Below are positions 41,185 to 50,674 of a stretch of 64,000 nucleotides of DNA, in pieces (positions within the stretch are counted from its first letter, which is position 1; each line of letters opens with the position of its first letter). The notes beneath the pieces are model-generated. The model did not search any database. It saw only the letters and a list, made by a program, of their open reading frames with translations, and was not told where the DNA came from. A program made the translations under genes and the position numbers. The DNA is from Bacteroidales bacterium (GTDB taxonomy: Bacteria; Bacteroidota; Bacteroidia; Bacteroidales; UBA12077): the NCBI GenBank assembly GCA_028282585.1, contig JANQHR010000021.1:1-64000 (forward strand), read 5' to 3'.

Positions 41185-42087
41185 TTATGTTCTTAGCAAA
41201 GTCAATAATCTTGATAAAAAAACCTTGAAGAAGTTCTTGATAGAACCCAAATTGTATGCAAGAAAATATTTTATTATTGAAACGAAATTTCCAACCTTCT
41301 GTTGTTCATAATTTAGGTGGGCAATTTCTTTTCTACAAATTAGGCTAGCAAGTTTCACTTCAGGTATATTAAGGTTCTTTTTCCATCTATAAATTGGTGC
41401 TGGGTCAAAAATTTTTTTGACATCACCAAATGATGAATTATCAATATATTTAGAGTCTTTTCTTGCCTTTAATTCTTGTAAATTCGTGTTAAGGTTTAAT
41501 CCCAGAAAACTATTTAACGAATTAATGGTTTCTTGATTTTGGCTAATCAAATCTTCATATCTTAGCATTAATACGTTTTTATGATTTTGCAAATTCATTA
41601 TTTTTTTATACCCAGTTTTCCAATATCTTATAAAAGACTGGATGTTGTAGTTGCTAAATCTATTTTTAGATGATAAAAGTACATCTCTGGGATCTCTAAC
41701 TAAATATATAAACTTAATGCCATGTTCCAATAACTGAATGGAATAAAAATATTCACTTGTAATTTTTAATCCTATCATTTTATCATCACTTTTTCCTATA
41801 CTCATCAATGAATAGGAAAAAATGTCATACCAACTGTTTAAAAATTGCCTATCGGCTTTAATGTCTAATCCTAAGCTTAAAGCTTCCGCCTCAATACCAG
41901 AAACAAGGATATTTTTTTGGAAAGAAAAAAGAGTCTCATTTATATCTTTTATTCTGAGTTTTTTAGCATCAGTAAATAATGACCTGAAAGTATCGTAATA
42001 AATACTACAGTTACTTTGACTATTTAATAAATTTGACAAAAAGGTTGTTCCTGAACGCCTCTGGCCAGAAATAATAATTTTCTTCAT
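41185..42087 (-). CDS. PAPS-dependent sulfotransferase
   Basis: GQRRSGTTFL (5'-PSB), VRDPRDVLLS (3'-PB), RYEDL. Confidence 0.9.
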   Translation of the reverse strand: MKKIIISGQRRSGTTFLSNLLNSQSNCSIYYDTFRSLFTDAKKLRIKDINETLFSFQKNILVSGIEAEALSLGLDIKADRQFLNSWYDIFSYSLMSIGKSDDKMIGLKITSEYFYSIQLLEHGIKFIYLVRDPRDVLLSSKNRFSNYNIQSFIRYWKTGYKKIMNLQNHKNVLMLRYEDLISQNQETINSLNSFLGLNLNTNLQELKARKDSKYIDNSSFGDVKKIFDPAPIYRWKKNLNIPEVKLASLICRKEIAHLNYEQQKVGNFVSIIKYFLAYNLGSIKNFFKVFLSRLLTLLRT

Positions 42088-42090
42088 TAC

Positions 42091-43137
42091 TTATTTTAGT
42101 TTATGCAAATTCTTTTTATACTCACTCCACTGGCCTATATCAATCCATGATTTTTCAGAAACCGGATATACACCAATTTTTTTACCAAGTTTTTGAACAT
42201 CTGAAATTAAGTGTGTGATATGATAAAATGTATCATTAGGAATTAAAGAGATTAGATCAGGGTTTAGTATATACATCCCCGTATTTACTAAGAAATCGTA
42301 TTCCGGTTTTTCATCAATTTTTTTTAAGCTTCCATCTTTATTCAAATCACAAATTCCGTAAGGGATTTGAAAATGCTGCATTGAAGCTATAAGAGTAATG
42401 TCAAATTTCCCTTTTTCGTGAAAAGTTAAAATATTATTATAATCTTCATCTATAATAATATCACAATTTGATATAAAAAGAGGCTCTGTGAATTTACCTT
42501 GAAGATATTTTATAGAACCAGCTGTACCTAAAGGTTTATCCTCATCAATATAATGAATATTATAATCGACATTTGTTTCCTCAAAATAAGCCTTGATGAT
42601 TTTTGCTTTATGGTTTACCGTAATATAGAATTCATTGAGGTTGTACTTTACATATTCATCGATTATTGTCTCGATCATAGTTTTTTCTCCAACAGGAATC
42701 AACGGTTTAGGAAGGATATTTGTAAATGGTTCCAACCTTGTTCCTCTTCCACCAGCCATAATTATCACAGGATTATTTAACTTTTTATACTCCTTTTTAT
42801 TTTCTTGAAAGAAAGAATTCCAATAGATAATGTTTTTTAATGATGAATTTTCATCAACTATAGGAATAGCTTCAAATCGTTTTTCTAGGAAAATTCTTTT
42901 AACTTCTTCCGGTTTATAATTCTCTGTGAGCATAGTAGGAGATGTATTAGTTATTGAAGATATCGGATCAGTAAGATTTATCTCCTGTAATATAGCTCTT
43001 CTAATATCACCATCTGAAACAGAACCAATAAGCTTTTCATTTTTAACAACAAACAACGTTTTATGAGCTGTTTTATCCATTACCTTTAATGCTTGTTTTA
43101 TCTGAGTATCAGGCGAGATTAATGTTCTTTTATCCAT
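42091..43137 (-). CDS. CBS-domain sugar-phosphate nucleotidyltransferase (LegX/PtmE-like)
   Basis: SDGDIRRAIL CBS pair; MAGGRGTRL.P.T...PKPL, PLGTAG, WIDIG. Confidence 0.9.
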   Translation of the reverse strand: MDKRTLISPDTQIKQALKVMDKTAHKTLFVVKNEKLIGSVSDGDIRRAILQEINLTDPISSITNTSPTMLTENYKPEEVKRIFLEKRFEAIPIVDENSSLKNIIYWNSFFQENKKEYKKLNNPVIIMAGGRGTRLEPFTNILPKPLIPVGEKTMIETIIDEYVKYNLNEFYITVNHKAKIIKAYFEETNVDYNIHYIDEDKPLGTAGSIKYLQGKFTEPLFISNCDIIIDEDYNNILTFHEKGKFDITLIASMQHFQIPYGICDLNKDGSLKKIDEKPEYDFLVNTGMYILNPDLISLIPNDTFYHITHLISDVQKLGKKIGVYPVSEKSWIDIGQWSEYKKNLHKLK

Positions 43138-43139
43138 AA

Positions 43140-43973
43140 TTAGATATCTAACTCTATAATTGTTAAATTGGCATGTAGTGGAATTTTATTTCGCACTGCA
43201 AACTCTTTTCCTTTTATTAAATTTTGGTTGAAAGTAGATTGAATTTTTAAGAGAACTTCACTTGGAATACTTCGCTGGATTATATTCTTATTAAGATCCC
43301 ATATTGATGTGTCATTTTTAAAAATTGAAAATACGTCTGTAAGATCTGCTAAATTAGATTTTAACTTTGAAAAAAGAGTTTTAAATAATTCATAATCCTC
43401 TTTTACATCACAGGTTAGTCTTTTATCTTCTTTAAAAGGACTATTTTTAACATGAATCTCAGCAATATTGAAAAAATCGGGTCTATTTACAAATGGACCC
43501 CATATTTCGGTATCAGTTTCCTTCTTCATATAATTTGCCACACTTAGAGCATCAGTCTTTATAAAATAAGGAGCAATTCCAATTGGTAATCCTTTAGTAA
43601 AAATAAAATCATAGTTACCATTTTCATAAGCTTCAATTAGCATTTGAGCAATATGTATAGAATGTATGGGATTGTCTGCTGTTATACTTACAAATGCATC
43701 ATAACCATAATATTTTGCAGCATCTTCCAAGCGTGATAATACATCATCTTCCGATCCAGAATAGAACTTAATTTTATGATTCAGGGCATAATTGTATAAC
43801 TCGGAATCTTGAGGATTTGTTGATGTGCATAAAACCACTCCATCAATACCTTCAACAGCTTTACATCTTTGTATAACATGACCTAAAACAGTTTGGTTTT
43901 CTAATGGTAATAAAATTTTTTCTTTTAATCTTGTGCTTTTTAACCTTGCAGTAATAAAATAACCTATTCTCAT
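43140..43973 (-). CDS. SpsF-type cytidylyltransferase
   Basis: ARLKSTRLKEK, GSEDDVL.R, ITADNP, RLTCD..EDY. Confidence 0.85.
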   Translation of the reverse strand: MRIGYFITARLKSTRLKEKILLPLENQTVLGHVIQRCKAVEGIDGVVLCTSTNPQDSELYNYALNHKIKFYSGSEDDVLSRLEDAAKYYGYDAFVSITADNPIHSIHIAQMLIEAYENGNYDFIFTKGLPIGIAPYFIKTDALSVANYMKKETDTEIWGPFVNRPDFFNIAEIHVKNSPFKEDKRLTCDVKEDYELFKTLFSKLKSNLADLTDVFSIFKNDTSIWDLNKNIIQRSIPSEVLLKIQSTFNQNLIKGKEFAVRNKIPLHANLTIIELDI

Positions 43974-44974
43974 TGTTTCTTGAAGTGTTCGTTTAAAACT
44001 AAATCTCCTTTCTTTTGATCAGAATCGATTTCTGAACCCATTTTATTTAATACATCAATTTGAGAAAGGTTAGAAATAAGTTTCGAACGTTTGAATTCTA
44101 TCATATCTTTCTTTAGTAGTTCACCGACTTTAATATTTTTTTTATAAAATGCGGCTTTTTTCATTGGTCCGTATTTAGAATATTCTTTTTCAGCAGAATT
44201 TAATTCTAATTTACCATTACCCATACATTTATTAAGAATAGCTAGTTTATTTTCTAAATTATTAAACATCTCAATCGATATTGCAGAGTTCCAATCGGGA
44301 AAATTTTTATTTCCATATTCAGTGGTAACGTGTTTTTCAATATATTCCATTCCAAGAGAAGCTGCAAATAGAGTTATTAAAATATTATTCTTTTCGTTCC
44401 AAGCTGAATGGTCTGCGTAACCATGTTTAAAATTTGGATATAGATCAATAATTTTCTTAATCTTTTTCAGATTAATATCTTCATATAATGTTGGATAATT
44501 TTGAAAGCCATGCATTAAAACAATATTATTGGATTGAATTGTGTTTATTGCGCTTTCAACTTCGTATAATGTGCTACCTCCAATACCTAAAACAACTTGA
44601 GTATTTGAATCTATATTCGATTTTAAAGCCTCTAATAAGTGAATATCGTTTAAACAAACAGAATGAATTTCCACAATTTCGGGATCATAATACATTCCAA
44701 ATTCAATTGAGTCAATATCATTTAAAAGAAGCATTACTTTTTTTTCTGATTTAGCAATTTTCTTTAAAAAATAATCCCACTGTTCTTTATCAAAAGTTAA
44801 GTCTTTAACGTTTGTTTCCTTCAAAATATCATCATGGAAATACTCTTTCTCATTTAATAAAAAATGAAGTTTAATATAGTCCGTATTTGTGGCATCTATC
44901 AAAGCAGATATTAATTTATCCATAAAATTAAAACTTCCTTTATGATGCCAAGCTGTTTCAGCGATAAGTTTCAT
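43970..44974 (-). CDS. Divergent NeuB-family nonulosonate synthase
   Basis: IAETAWHHKG, MHG..NYPT, GYADH, IEKHVT, C-terminal SAF-like domain. Confidence 0.82.
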   Translation of the reverse strand: MKLIAETAWHHKGSFNFMDKLISALIDATNTDYIKLHFLLNEKEYFHDDILKETNVKDLTFDKEQWDYFLKKIAKSEKKVMLLLNDIDSIEFGMYYDPEIVEIHSVCLNDIHLLEALKSNIDSNTQVVLGIGGSTLYEVESAINTIQSNNIVLMHGFQNYPTLYEDINLKKIKKIIDLYPNFKHGYADHSAWNEKNNILITLFAASLGMEYIEKHVTTEYGNKNFPDWNSAISIEMFNNLENKLAILNKCMGNGKLELNSAEKEYSKYGPMKKAAFYKKNIKVGELLKKDMIEFKRSKLISNLSQIDVLNKMGSEIDSDQKKGDLVLNEHFKKQ

Positions 44975-45013
44975 TATTATTGTGATAATTTAAAATAATT
45001 TTTCTTTCTTGAT

Positions 45014-46132
45014 TTAGTAGTTTTTTTGACTGATTTTCATTATGATATTAAAGATTTTTACTGACGCATCCCCTTTACCGTATATTTTTATTTTATTAGG
45101 TAAATCTAATTCTTCAATTTTCTGAATCTGTTTTAGAATTTTTTCTTCATTAAAATCAACAGAAAATATATTTGGGGTAAGTATCCTTCCTTTTTGTCTT
45201 TCTCCTAAATTAATAACCCATTTAGGAAAAAATGAAGCATCAACAAAACCGCTGGAGGAGTTTCCAATTACAAAAGAACAATGCTTCATGAAAGATAAGT
45301 AACCTTTTGAACCTAAAGATTCAAATAAATAAATATTTTTTATTTTATGAGCAAAATTTTCTATTTCCTTACGGATTAATAATCCATTTGTATCAGCATT
45401 TGGCATGGTAAAAACAATTTGGTATTTATTAATTATTTTACTTAAAGCAGATAAAAATTCTTTAATAAAAAAACTATTTTTTTGATAGGAAACAGTTTCT
45501 GGATGTACAGTTGAAAGTACTGTTGGTTTTGTTAGATCAATATTATATGTTTTTTTAATTTCTTTTATTGAAAAGAATTCTATCTCTTTCAAATGATCAA
45601 TACTAAGTGCTCCAACATTAAATATGTTAATGTCATTCCCTTTTAATTGAATACTTCTATCTAGGTATTTTTTAGTTGATACAAAGAGATAGTTAGATAT
45701 AATTGAAATTGAATGTCTGAAAATATTATCTATAGCTCCAAGAGTAGTTTCACCAGCATGTAAATGAGCAAAATTTATGTTTAGGGGAATTCCAGCTGTT
45801 ACAGCAGCAAACATTTCATATCTGTCACCAATTGCTAAAACAAGATCGAAAGGATTCTTTTCCCAGAAATTAGAGAAACTTTGAATAGTTTTACCTATGG
45901 AGTTGGATATGTCACTAGCATTATCAGAATTAGGAGTAGTATTAATTTTGTGTTTTTTAAAGTTAAATCCGTAATTATCAATTTCAGTAATGGTATTTCC
46001 GAATATAATTGATAAGTGAGTACCGAAAATTATCAGTTCTGTAGTTAAAGAGGGTTCTTTGTTTAACAACTTAAGTAATGGAACATAAACTCCGAAATCT
46101 GCTCTACTGCTTGTAAGTATTCCTAATTTCAT
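45014..46132 (-). CDS. neuC: Hydrolysing NDP-GlcNAc 2-epimerase (NeuC/LegG)
   Basis: SSRADFG, GTHLS, GDRYE, HAGE, HPET, GNSSSG, RQKGR. Confidence 0.93.
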   Translation of the reverse strand: MKLGILTSSRADFGVYVPLLKLLNKEPSLTTELIIFGTHLSIIFGNTITEIDNYGFNFKKHKINTTPNSDNASDISNSIGKTIQSFSNFWEKNPFDLVLAIGDRYEMFAAVTAGIPLNINFAHLHAGETTLGAIDNIFRHSISIISNYLFVSTKKYLDRSIQLKGNDINIFNVGALSIDHLKEIEFFSIKEIKKTYNIDLTKPTVLSTVHPETVSYQKNSFFIKEFLSALSKIINKYQIVFTMPNADTNGLLIRKEIENFAHKIKNIYLFESLGSKGYLSFMKHCSFVIGNSSSGFVDASFFPKWVINLGERQKGRILTPNIFSVDFNEEKILKQIQKIEELDLPNKIKIYGKGDASVKIFNIIMKISQKNY

Positions 46133-46134
46133 AA

Positions 46135-47151
46135 TTACATTTCAATTAAATCTTCAATGTCATATTCCCTATTAGCTGTTTTCCCAACAATCTGGTACCA
46201 ATTCATAGGAGATATACCGTTACCAGGTCTTTTAACCGTTAAATTATTTTCGGTAAAAAGTTCTCCTTTTTTTATTTTTTCTTTTGCGATTATACTTTTC
46301 CTGGCTATAGAAATATTTTTAATTTCAGATGGTGATGCTTTTTTTATTCCATCTCCAAGTGCTTTTTCAATATTTCTAATAGATTTAACCATTTCAATAA
46401 GTTCAGTCGGTTCAATTGATGCTTTATGATCAGGCCCTTCCATTTCTCTGTTAAGCGTTATATGTTTTTCTATTATTGATGCTCCGAGTGCTACTGCTGC
46501 TATTGGAATTTCAATACCTAAGGTATGATCTGAATACCCAACATTAATATCGAATTTCTTTGCGATTGTCTTCATTGCGGTTAAGTTTACATCATAAAAT
46601 GGTGTAGGATATTCTGTATTTGCATGGAGAATTGTTATCATTTTTTTATTTAATCCACAGCGAATAAGCACGCTTAAAGCTTCTTCTATTTCAACAATAT
46701 CAGACATACCAGTAGACAGAATAACAGGTTTACGTTTACTTGCAATTTTTTCAAGGTAAGGTAGATTGGTGATTTCACCTGACGGTATTTTAAAGAGATC
46801 AACATTTAATTCATCCAATAAATCAATACTTTCAAGGTCAAACGGAGATGAAAGAAATTTAACGTCTTTTTGCTGACAATATTGTTTCAACTCATAATGA
46901 TCTTGAACGCTAAGCTCAAGATTTTTAACAAGTTCTAATTGATTGGCATATTTATGTTCACCTACATTACGTTTCTGATATTCTGCTAATAAAGCATGTT
47001 TTGAAATAACCTGATCTAACTTAGCAGTTTGAAATTTAACGTAATCAACGCCCGCAAATGAAGCAATATCTATTAATTTTTTAGCAATTAAAATATCACC
47101 GTTGTGATTTACACCTATTTCAGCTATAATTATTGTTTTATTTAAATTCAT
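46135..47151 (-). CDS. neuB: N-acetylneuraminate / legionaminate synthase (NeuB/LegI)
   Basis: IAEIGVNHNG, KFQT, KIPSGEITN, GYSDHT, IEKH, GPDHKAS, KRPGNG. Confidence 0.95.
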   Translation of the reverse strand: MNLNKTIIIAEIGVNHNGDILIAKKLIDIASFAGVDYVKFQTAKLDQVISKHALLAEYQKRNVGEHKYANQLELVKNLELSVQDHYELKQYCQQKDVKFLSSPFDLESIDLLDELNVDLFKIPSGEITNLPYLEKIASKRKPVILSTGMSDIVEIEEALSVLIRCGLNKKMITILHANTEYPTPFYDVNLTAMKTIAKKFDINVGYSDHTLGIEIPIAAVALGASIIEKHITLNREMEGPDHKASIEPTELIEMVKSIRNIEKALGDGIKKASPSEIKNISIARKSIIAKEKIKKGELFTENNLTVKRPGNGISPMNWYQIVGKTANREYDIEDLIEM

Positions 47152-47181
47152 ATTTACAACATTGATTGATAAATTGATGTG

Positions 47182-47847
47182 TTATTCATCTCTTGAGATG
47201 CTTTTGTTTGGCCTACCTTCTTTAAGAACTTTTGCAGGGACTCCAACTACAACAACATTTGATTTGACATCTTTAGTAACACAAGAGCTTGCGCCTACTG
47301 TGGAATTATCACCAACCGATACATTTTTAATGAAGGAATTTGCACCTATTTGACACGCCTCCCCAATAATACCCTCGCCATTAATTGTTACATTCGGGCT
47401 AACTATACTGTACTTCCCAATCTTAACTTTATGGCCTAATACAACATGGATGTTTAACATTACAAAATCGTCAATTTCGCAACCAACTGTAAGGTCTGTG
47501 TATCTTCCAATAATTACTCCTTTACCTATTTTATTTGATTTATGAATATATACTGTCGGTGAATAAAGGTTTGCCCATTTTAACTCAAACTGATTAAGGG
47601 ATTCAACAACTTTTTTTCTAAATGATGATGAACCATACGCAATTGTAAAATGTGAGTCTAAATAATTAACCACTTGGTCCAGTTTTCCTAAAATAGGATA
47701 TCCAAGAATGGTTTCAATTTTTTCATAAGCATAATCATCTAAAAATCCTAATAAATTCCATTCTGGTTTATTGTTGTTAATTTCTTCAATTAACCATGCA
47801 ACTTCTGCACCTAGGGCCCCAGAGCCAATAATAATTATATTTTTCAT
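47182..47847 (-). CDS. NeuD/PglD-type hexapeptide acetyltransferase
   Basis: IIGSGALG..V, GFLDD, left-handed beta-helix repeats, VGVPAK. Confidence 0.9.
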   Translation of the reverse strand: MKNIIIIGSGALGAEVAWLIEEINNNKPEWNLLGFLDDYAYEKIETILGYPILGKLDQVVNYLDSHFTIAYGSSSFRKKVVESLNQFELKWANLYSPTVYIHKSNKIGKGVIIGRYTDLTVGCEIDDFVMLNIHVVLGHKVKIGKYSIVSPNVTINGEGIIGEACQIGANSFIKNVSVGDNSTVGASSCVTKDVKSNVVVVGVPAKVLKEGRPNKSISRDE

Positions 47848-47858
47848 GAGAATTTTGT

Positions 47859-49013
47859 TTATAACGACTTAAAGTTCACACTACTTGGAATGTTTACAAT
47901 TCTGTTTTCCAACCATTCTGAATTTGTAAGATCGCCAGTTTGGCATTTTTTAAACATTTCAAGCTTACTAATTAAATGCCAAACGGGTCTGGTCATAACG
48001 TTGTTTTTATTTGTAAATTCAAGAAAACGGTCGCGTTCTTTTCTGTCTTTTAAAATAATTGCATTTAACCAATAATTAGCAATTGAACCTAATGGTTCAT
48101 TAATAAATCTAATATCTGAATTACTGAAAAAATTACTATAACTTTTAGCAATTAGTCGTTTATTCTTAATAATTTCGGATAATGATTCCATTTGTGCACA
48201 ACCTAATGCAGCATTTATATTTGGTAGCCTGTAGTTATATCCAATATTATCGTGGACATAATTCCACGGATGGGGAACTTTGGCCTGTGTTGTAAGGTGT
48301 TTTGCTTTTTTTGCTAATGATGCATCATTAGTAATTATCATTCCACCACCTCCGGTAGTAATAACTTTATTTCCATTATAACTAATGATGCCTACACGTC
48401 CAAAAGTTGCTGTATGCTTATCTTTAAAAAAACTACCTAAAGATTCCGCAGAATCTTCAATTAGTTCAATATTATATTTTAAACAAATTTCTGCAATTTG
48501 ATCTATTTTACATGGAAATCCAAATGTATGCATGGGCACACATGCTTTTATTCTTCTGCCAGTTTGTTTGTTTATACAAAAGCCGTTATTATCTAATTTA
48601 GTGTTTTGAGATAGAAATGATTCTAACTTTTCGGGAGATAATCCAAGTGTAGAGTTCTCAATATCAATAAAAATAGGCTTTGCATTGCAATATATTATTG
48701 CATTTACAGTTGAAATGAAAGTTATAGGTTGAGTTATAACTTCATCTTCTGGGTTGACACCACATATTAATAATGCAATATGTAAGGCTGCTGTCCCATT
48801 TACGGTAGCAATTGCATATTTAGAACCTGTATAGTCTAATGTTAGATCTTCAAATTGATGGACAAACTTTCCAATGCTCGAAACGAAGGTTGAATCAATA
48901 CATTCTTCTAAATACTTTTTTTCATTATTAATAAATACAGGGGCATGTAGTGGAATAAATTCATTACTATCGTATAAATTTCTTACAAATAATACAAAAT
49001 CATTAAAGTCCAT
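47859..49013 (-). CDS. legC: LegC family aminotransferase
   Basis: IPLHAP, CIDSTFVSS, NGTAALH, EDSAESLGS, SYNGNKVITTGGGG, GYNYRLPNINAALG. Confidence 0.92.
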   Translation of the reverse strand: MDFNDFVLFVRNLYDSNEFIPLHAPVFINNEKKYLEECIDSTFVSSIGKFVHQFEDLTLDYTGSKYAIATVNGTAALHIALLICGVNPEDEVITQPITFISTVNAIIYCNAKPIFIDIENSTLGLSPEKLESFLSQNTKLDNNGFCINKQTGRRIKACVPMHTFGFPCKIDQIAEICLKYNIELIEDSAESLGSFFKDKHTATFGRVGIISYNGNKVITTGGGGMIITNDASLAKKAKHLTTQAKVPHPWNYVHDNIGYNYRLPNINAALGCAQMESLSEIIKNKRLIAKSYSNFFSNSDIRFINEPLGSIANYWLNAIILKDRKERDRFLEFTNKNNVMTRPVWHLISKLEMFKKCQTGDLTNSEWLENRIVNIPSSVNFKSL

Positions 49014-49014
49014 T

Positions 49015-49674
49015 TTATTTCTTAATAATATAACTAGGTATATGGGAAAAAGGAAATTTATTTATAATGTAATCTTTATCCTTAAAAAACTCATCGACAG
49101 CCTTAACCTCACCTTCTACAGTTGGATAATCATCTAAAACAATAACACCATTTTTAACAATCCTATCATAGCATAATTCCAATATCAATTTAGCAGGAGA
49201 ATATACATCTGTATCAATATGCAGAAAAGAAATTTTTAACTGAGGATTTTGTTCAATATATAATGGTAAAGTTTCCAATATATTTCCCTGAATTAATTCG
49301 TAGTTTTTAAATGATTTGAAATTAAGCACTTTTTCGAACTCAGGTTTTTCAATACCTGTACCGGCTGCTGTTTCAAAATAATCAATATATTTATTATCAT
49401 TTTTAACATTACTTTTAGGAAATTTTCCAAAAGCATCAAAACCTATAATTTTTCGAGAAGAATGAAACTCTAGCATTTCTCTAAAGGTCAATAAACGAAT
49501 AAACGAAGTACCTTTAAATATTCCGAACTCAATAACTTCTCCAGGAAGGTTTATAATTTTTTTATAAAGTTCATATTGGGCGATAATTTTACTTATTCTG
49601 TTGGGATTGCTTGTAAGAAAATATCCATTTTCATAATCCCAGCATTTATCGGTATCGAAATTAAATAGTTTCAT
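49015..49674 (-). CDS. TylF/MycF family O-methyltransferase
   Basis: PGEVIEFGIFKG, GFDAFG, LHIDTDVY, GVIVLDDY. Confidence 0.9.
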   Translation of the reverse strand: MKLFNFDTDKCWDYENGYFLTSNPNRISKIIAQYELYKKIINLPGEVIEFGIFKGTSFIRLLTFREMLEFHSSRKIIGFDAFGKFPKSNVKNDNKYIDYFETAAGTGIEKPEFEKVLNFKSFKNYELIQGNILETLPLYIEQNPQLKISFLHIDTDVYSPAKLILELCYDRIVKNGVIVLDDYPTVEGEVKAVDEFFKDKDYIINKFPFSHIPSYIIKK

Positions 49675-49687
49675 GTTTTAACTTGAT

Positions 49688-50674
49688 TTAAGTATTTCTA
49701 TATTTTTTGTCATCAGGATTGTAAAGAAATTCTTCATTAATTATTTTGATTATTTGCTCTATTCCGTCCGAAATGGTTTTAGTTATTTTAAAACCGAGCC
49801 TATCTGAAATCTTTGAAAAATCTACTCTGTAATCTCTAGGATCTTCATCTTTTTTTACAAATTTAATTTTAGAATCTGGGAGTTGTTTTAAAATTTCGTT
49901 TACAATCATTTTTTTCTGATAGTTTTCATTTGTATCTCCAACATTAAAAACATCAAATTCAACCTTTTCTATAGTTGCTTCTAATACATTAATAACACTA
50001 TTAGCTAAATCTTCAACATGACAATAAGGCCTCCAGAATTGCTCACCAAAAATAATTAGTTCACGTTTTAAAGCTAAGTCCTTTGTGAACTCATTTACTG
50101 TAAGATCAAATCTTACCCGGGAACTTAAACCATATACAGTTGAAAATCTTAAACAAGTAGGTTTACAATTATTTTTTTTATTTTGCTCAAGTAGAAATTC
50201 CTCTGCAGCTACTTTTGTTTTTGCATATAAAGAAACTGGAGCAAGAGGAGAATCTTCATTGACAAATTTTTCAGGATCAGACATTTTGCCATAATTTGAA
50301 CATGTTGAAGCAAATATAAAACGTTCTATACCAAGCAAATTGGCTTCATTATACATCATTTTAGTCGCATCCAAGTTTGTTTGTATAGCTAATTCTGGTT
50401 CTTTGGAACAAGCAGGGTCACCAACAATAGCTGCTAAATTTATAACTGCATCAATACCCTGAAAGGCTTTTTTGACTATTTCGTTATCTCTTATATCTCC
50501 TTTTATAAAATAAAATGAAGGATTATTTAGTAGCTCAATAATTGATTCTCCACCATAACGTAAATTATCAAGAACAGTAACTTTATATTTTTTAGATAAA
50601 AGCGTTTTTACCAGGATACTTCCTATATAACCAGCCCCGCCAGTAACTAGAATGTTTTTTATTGATTTCTTCAT
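49688..50674 (-). CDS. NAD-dependent epimerase/dehydratase (extended SDR)
   Basis: TGGAGYIGS, LAAIVGDPAC, STCSNYG, YAKTK, RFDLTVNEF. Confidence 0.92.
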   Translation of the reverse strand: MKKSIKNILVTGGAGYIGSILVKTLLSKKYKVTVLDNLRYGGESIIELLNNPSFYFIKGDIRDNEIVKKAFQGIDAVINLAAIVGDPACSKEPELAIQTNLDATKMMYNEANLLGIERFIFASTCSNYGKMSDPEKFVNEDSPLAPVSLYAKTKVAAEEFLLEQNKKNNCKPTCLRFSTVYGLSSRVRFDLTVNEFTKDLALKRELIIFGEQFWRPYCHVEDLANSVINVLEATIEKVEFDVFNVGDTNENYQKKMIVNEILKQLPDSKIKFVKKDEDPRDYRVDFSKISDRLGFKITKTISDGIEQIIKIINEEFLYNPDDKKYRNT

